Source: Octopus bimaculoides (taxonomy: Eukaryota). From it: a DNA stretch of 64,000 nucleotides. The stretch covers positions 74,115,230 to 74,179,229 of the forward strand of contig NC_068982.1 of NCBI RefSeq assembly GCF_001194135.2. The letters run 5' to 3'. The notes under the pieces were generated by a model. That model saw nothing but the letters and a program-made list of their open reading frames with translations. It did no database searches and was not told the origin of the DNA. Made by a program: the position numbers and the translations under genes. This document shows, one piece after another, positions 61,031-64,000 of this stretch (position 1 is its first letter; every line of letters starts with the position of its first letter).

Positions 61031-62782
61031 GTTAGACCAAAGTCTAAATAAGTATTCCCTCCTTTCACCCGCCATTCCTTCCTTCCTTCCTTCCTTCCTT
61101 CCTTCCTTCCTTCCTTCCATTCATTTTAAATTCCTTCACCTGTAGATGTCGCTTATAGTCAATTGAGTTAACCCAAGTATATTACAAGTACTTNNNNNNN
61201 NNNNNNNNNNNNNNNNNNNNNNNNNNNNNNNNNNNNNNNNNNNNNNNNNNNNNNNNNNNNNNNNNNNNNNNNNNNNNNNNNNNNNNNNNNNNNNNNNNNN
61301 NNNNNNNNNNNNNNNNNNNNNNNNNNNNNNNNNNNNNNNNNNNNNNNNNNNNNNNNNNNNNNNNNNNNNNNNNNNNNNNNNNNNNNNNNNNNNNNNNNNN
61401 NNNNNNNNNNNNNNNNNNNNNNNNNNNNNNNNNNNNNNNNNNNNNNNNNNNNNNNNNNNNNNNNNNNNNNNNNNNNNNNNNNNNNNNNNNNNNNNNNNNN
61501 NNNNNNNNNNNNNNNNNNNNNNNNNNNNNNNNNNNNNNNNNNNNNNNNNNNNNNNNNNNNNNNNNNNNNNNNNNNNNNNNNNNNNNNNNNNNNNNNNNNN
61601 NNNNNNNNNNNNNNNNNNNNNNNNNNNNNNNNNNNNNNNNNNNNNNNNNNNNNNNNNNNNNNNNNNNNNNNNNNNNNNNNNNNNNNNNNNNNNNNNNNNN
61701 NNNNNNNNNNNNNNNNNNNNNNNNNNNNNNNNNNNNNNNNNNNNNNNNNNNNNNNNNNNNNNNNNNNNNNNNNNNNNNNNNNNNNNNNNNNNNNNNNNNN
61801 NNNNNNNNNNNNNNNNNNNNNNNNNNNNNNNNNNNNNNNNNNNNNNNNNNNNNNNNNNNNNNNNNNNNNNNNNNNNNNNNNNNNNNNNNNNNNNNNNNNN
61901 NNNNNNNNNNNNNNNNNNNNNNNNNNNNNNNNNNNNNNNNNNNNNNNNNNNNNNNNNNNNNNNNNNNNNNNNNNNNNNNNNNNNNNNNNNNNNNNNNNNN
62001 NNNNNNNNNNNNNNNNNNNNNNNNNNNNNNNNNNNNNNNNNNNNNNNNNNNNNNNNNNNNNNNNNNNNNNNNNNNNNNNNNNNNNNNNNNNNNNNNNNNN
62101 NNNNNNNNNNNNNNNNNNNNNNNNNNNNNNNNNNNNNNNNNNNAGAGAGAGAAAGAAAGACAGAATACGTGTATGAATGAGTTAATGAATGATGGGATCT
62201 GTGCGCATGTTTATACTGTGTGTATATGTGTGCGTGTGTTTGCGTGCATATGCCTGTGCTGTGTTGTGTATGCGTATATGCGTGTATTGGCGGTATGTGT
62301 GTGTAGGTGTATATGTGTGTGCGTGTGTTTGGGTGTGTATTCTTGTGCTATGTTGTGTGTGTGTGGGTGGGTGGGGGTATGTTGTGTGTATGTGTGCGTA
62401 GAGCGTAATTTTGACTGATAGTCTATTTAGAGTATATCTAAGTATTTAGACATGCACTATTGACTTTGTTGTTAAGGCGCATGGCTTAGTCGTTAGGTTA
62501 CTGCATTCACGATCTTACGATCGTGGTTTCAATTCCCGCACCGAACGGCGCGCTTTGTTCTTAGGAAAACACTTCAATTCACATTGTTTCAGTCCATTCA
62601 GCTGTAAAAAGGCTTCAGCAATTGCTGGGAAGTTAATCCTGCAAAAAGACTGGAATCCTAAACAAAGGAGTGTGATATAACCTCAGTCAATTAAGTGCCA
62701 TAGAAACTGAGTTTAGCTCCGGTCGAATGCATCTTGGGATTATGAGATCTAAGTCTACCAACTTTGCTATACACTGTCTCTT

Positions 62783-63089
62783 TTTTTTATGCGCCCTTTT
62801 CAAGCCTAGCCAGGCTCATGAGCCCGGTTTCCCGGTTTCTATGGCGTATGTGTTCCCCCCAGCTGGACGGGACGCCAGTCCATCGCAGCGTTACTCAAGA
62901 AACAGGAAGAAAGAGTGAGAGAAAGTTGGGGCGAAAGAGTACAACAGGGATCGCCACCACCCCCTGGCGGAGCCTCGTGGAGCTTTATGTGTTTTCGCTC
63001 AATAAACACACAACGCCCGGTCTGGGAATCGAAACCGCGATCCTCCGACCGCGAGTCCGCTGCCCTAACCACTGGGCCATTGCGCCTCC
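62783..63089 (-). mobile_element. tRNA-derived SINE, head A + tail Y (V-domain-like core)
   Basis: Same ~190-nt head as the 47787 copy, then gtaacgctgcgatggactggcgtcccgtccag and an A-rich end; TSD CTGTCTCTT. Confidence 0.85.
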
Positions 63090-64000
63090 CAATGCTGTCT
63101 CTTACTGATATGAATAAATATGGATTTTGATACAGACTCAAGGTCGATTAGATTGACTTCGATATTAAATGGTTACTTCCATTTATATCGTTTTTTGAAT
63201 TGGGCTTGCAGGATTCTTGATGTGAACTCGTGTGTTGAAATAGATTTCGTTAGTATTTCAGGAGGGNNNNNNNNNNCAAGCCTAGCCAGGCTCATGAGCC
63301 CGGTTTCCCGGTTTCTATGGCGTATGTGTTCCCCCCAGCTGGACGGGACGCCAGTCCATCGCAGCGTTACTCAAGAAACAGGAAGAAAGAGTGAGAGAAA
63401 GTTGGGGCGAAAGAGTACAACAGGGATCGCCACCACCCCCTGGCGGAGCCTCGTGGAGCTTTATGTGTTTTCGCTCAATAAACACACAACGCCCGGTCTG
63501 GGAATCGAAACCGCGATCCTCCGACCGCGAGTCCGCTGCCCTAACCACTGGGCCATTGCGCCTCCCAATGCTGTCTCTTACTGATATGAATAAATATGGA
63601 TTTTGATACAGACTCAAGGTCGATTAGATTGACTTCGATATTAAATGGTTACTTCCATTTATATCGTTTTTTGAATTGGGCTTGCAGGATTCTTGATGTG
63701 AACTCGTGTGTTGAAATAGATTTCGTTAGTATTTCAGGAGGGTCATTATGCCAATAATAAACACACACACACTAGTTCTATTTCAGTTTTTTAATTATTT
63801 ATTCGTTAATTGGTTCGCTACCTAACCAGCTAAGTAGTCGATTGTGTAATCAGTGGATCAATTAATCCAATTGTCACGTTTATCAAAGTCCTTTCGTCGC
63901 CACTTGCAATCTTATCAATGACCAGCCCTCTCTTCTCAAGATCTATATCAGGCCTGTCAGTCTGTTTTGTATGTATTTATGTATGCACACACACACACAC

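Noticed and set aside
62801-63742. 466-bp tandem duplication (62801-63266 and 63277-63742)
   Set aside because: The copies look identical and are separated by exactly 10 N, typical of unmerged contig overlap; likely an assembly artefact.

Overview
AT-rich eukaryotic scaffold, rich in microsatellites and assembly gaps. The repeat landscape points to an octopus/coleoid cephalopod (inference). The first ~36 kb hold 16 coding exons (1533 nt, 510 aa plus stop, 3963..35753, + strand) of MAU2/Scc4, the cohesin-loader subunit. I reconstructed them by hand from splice sites and similarity to the human MAU2 sequence as I recall it; the 5' exons lie upstream of the window. The intron ending at 3962 has a U12 (minor spliceosome)-type 3' end. 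The rest of the window is transposon-derived: a complete but decayed mariner, a Tigger/pogo fossil, three RTE LINE pieces, a CR1/L2-like LINE end, two Penelope-like (PLE) fragments, piggyBac-type and hAT MITEs, several tRNA-derived SINE families, foldback elements and simple repeats. The most notable observations are: a decayed hammerhead-ribozyme core inside a 51-bp foldback; SINEs built combinatorially from 2 heads x 2 tails; telomeric repeats at a PLE truncation point; two short templated insertions; several intronic dsRNA-forming inverted repeats; and a CpG-decay footprint over the gene body that switches to CpG retention at ~42 kb. I found no prokaryotic-type system and no second well-supported host gene. 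TE boundaries marked ~ are approximate.
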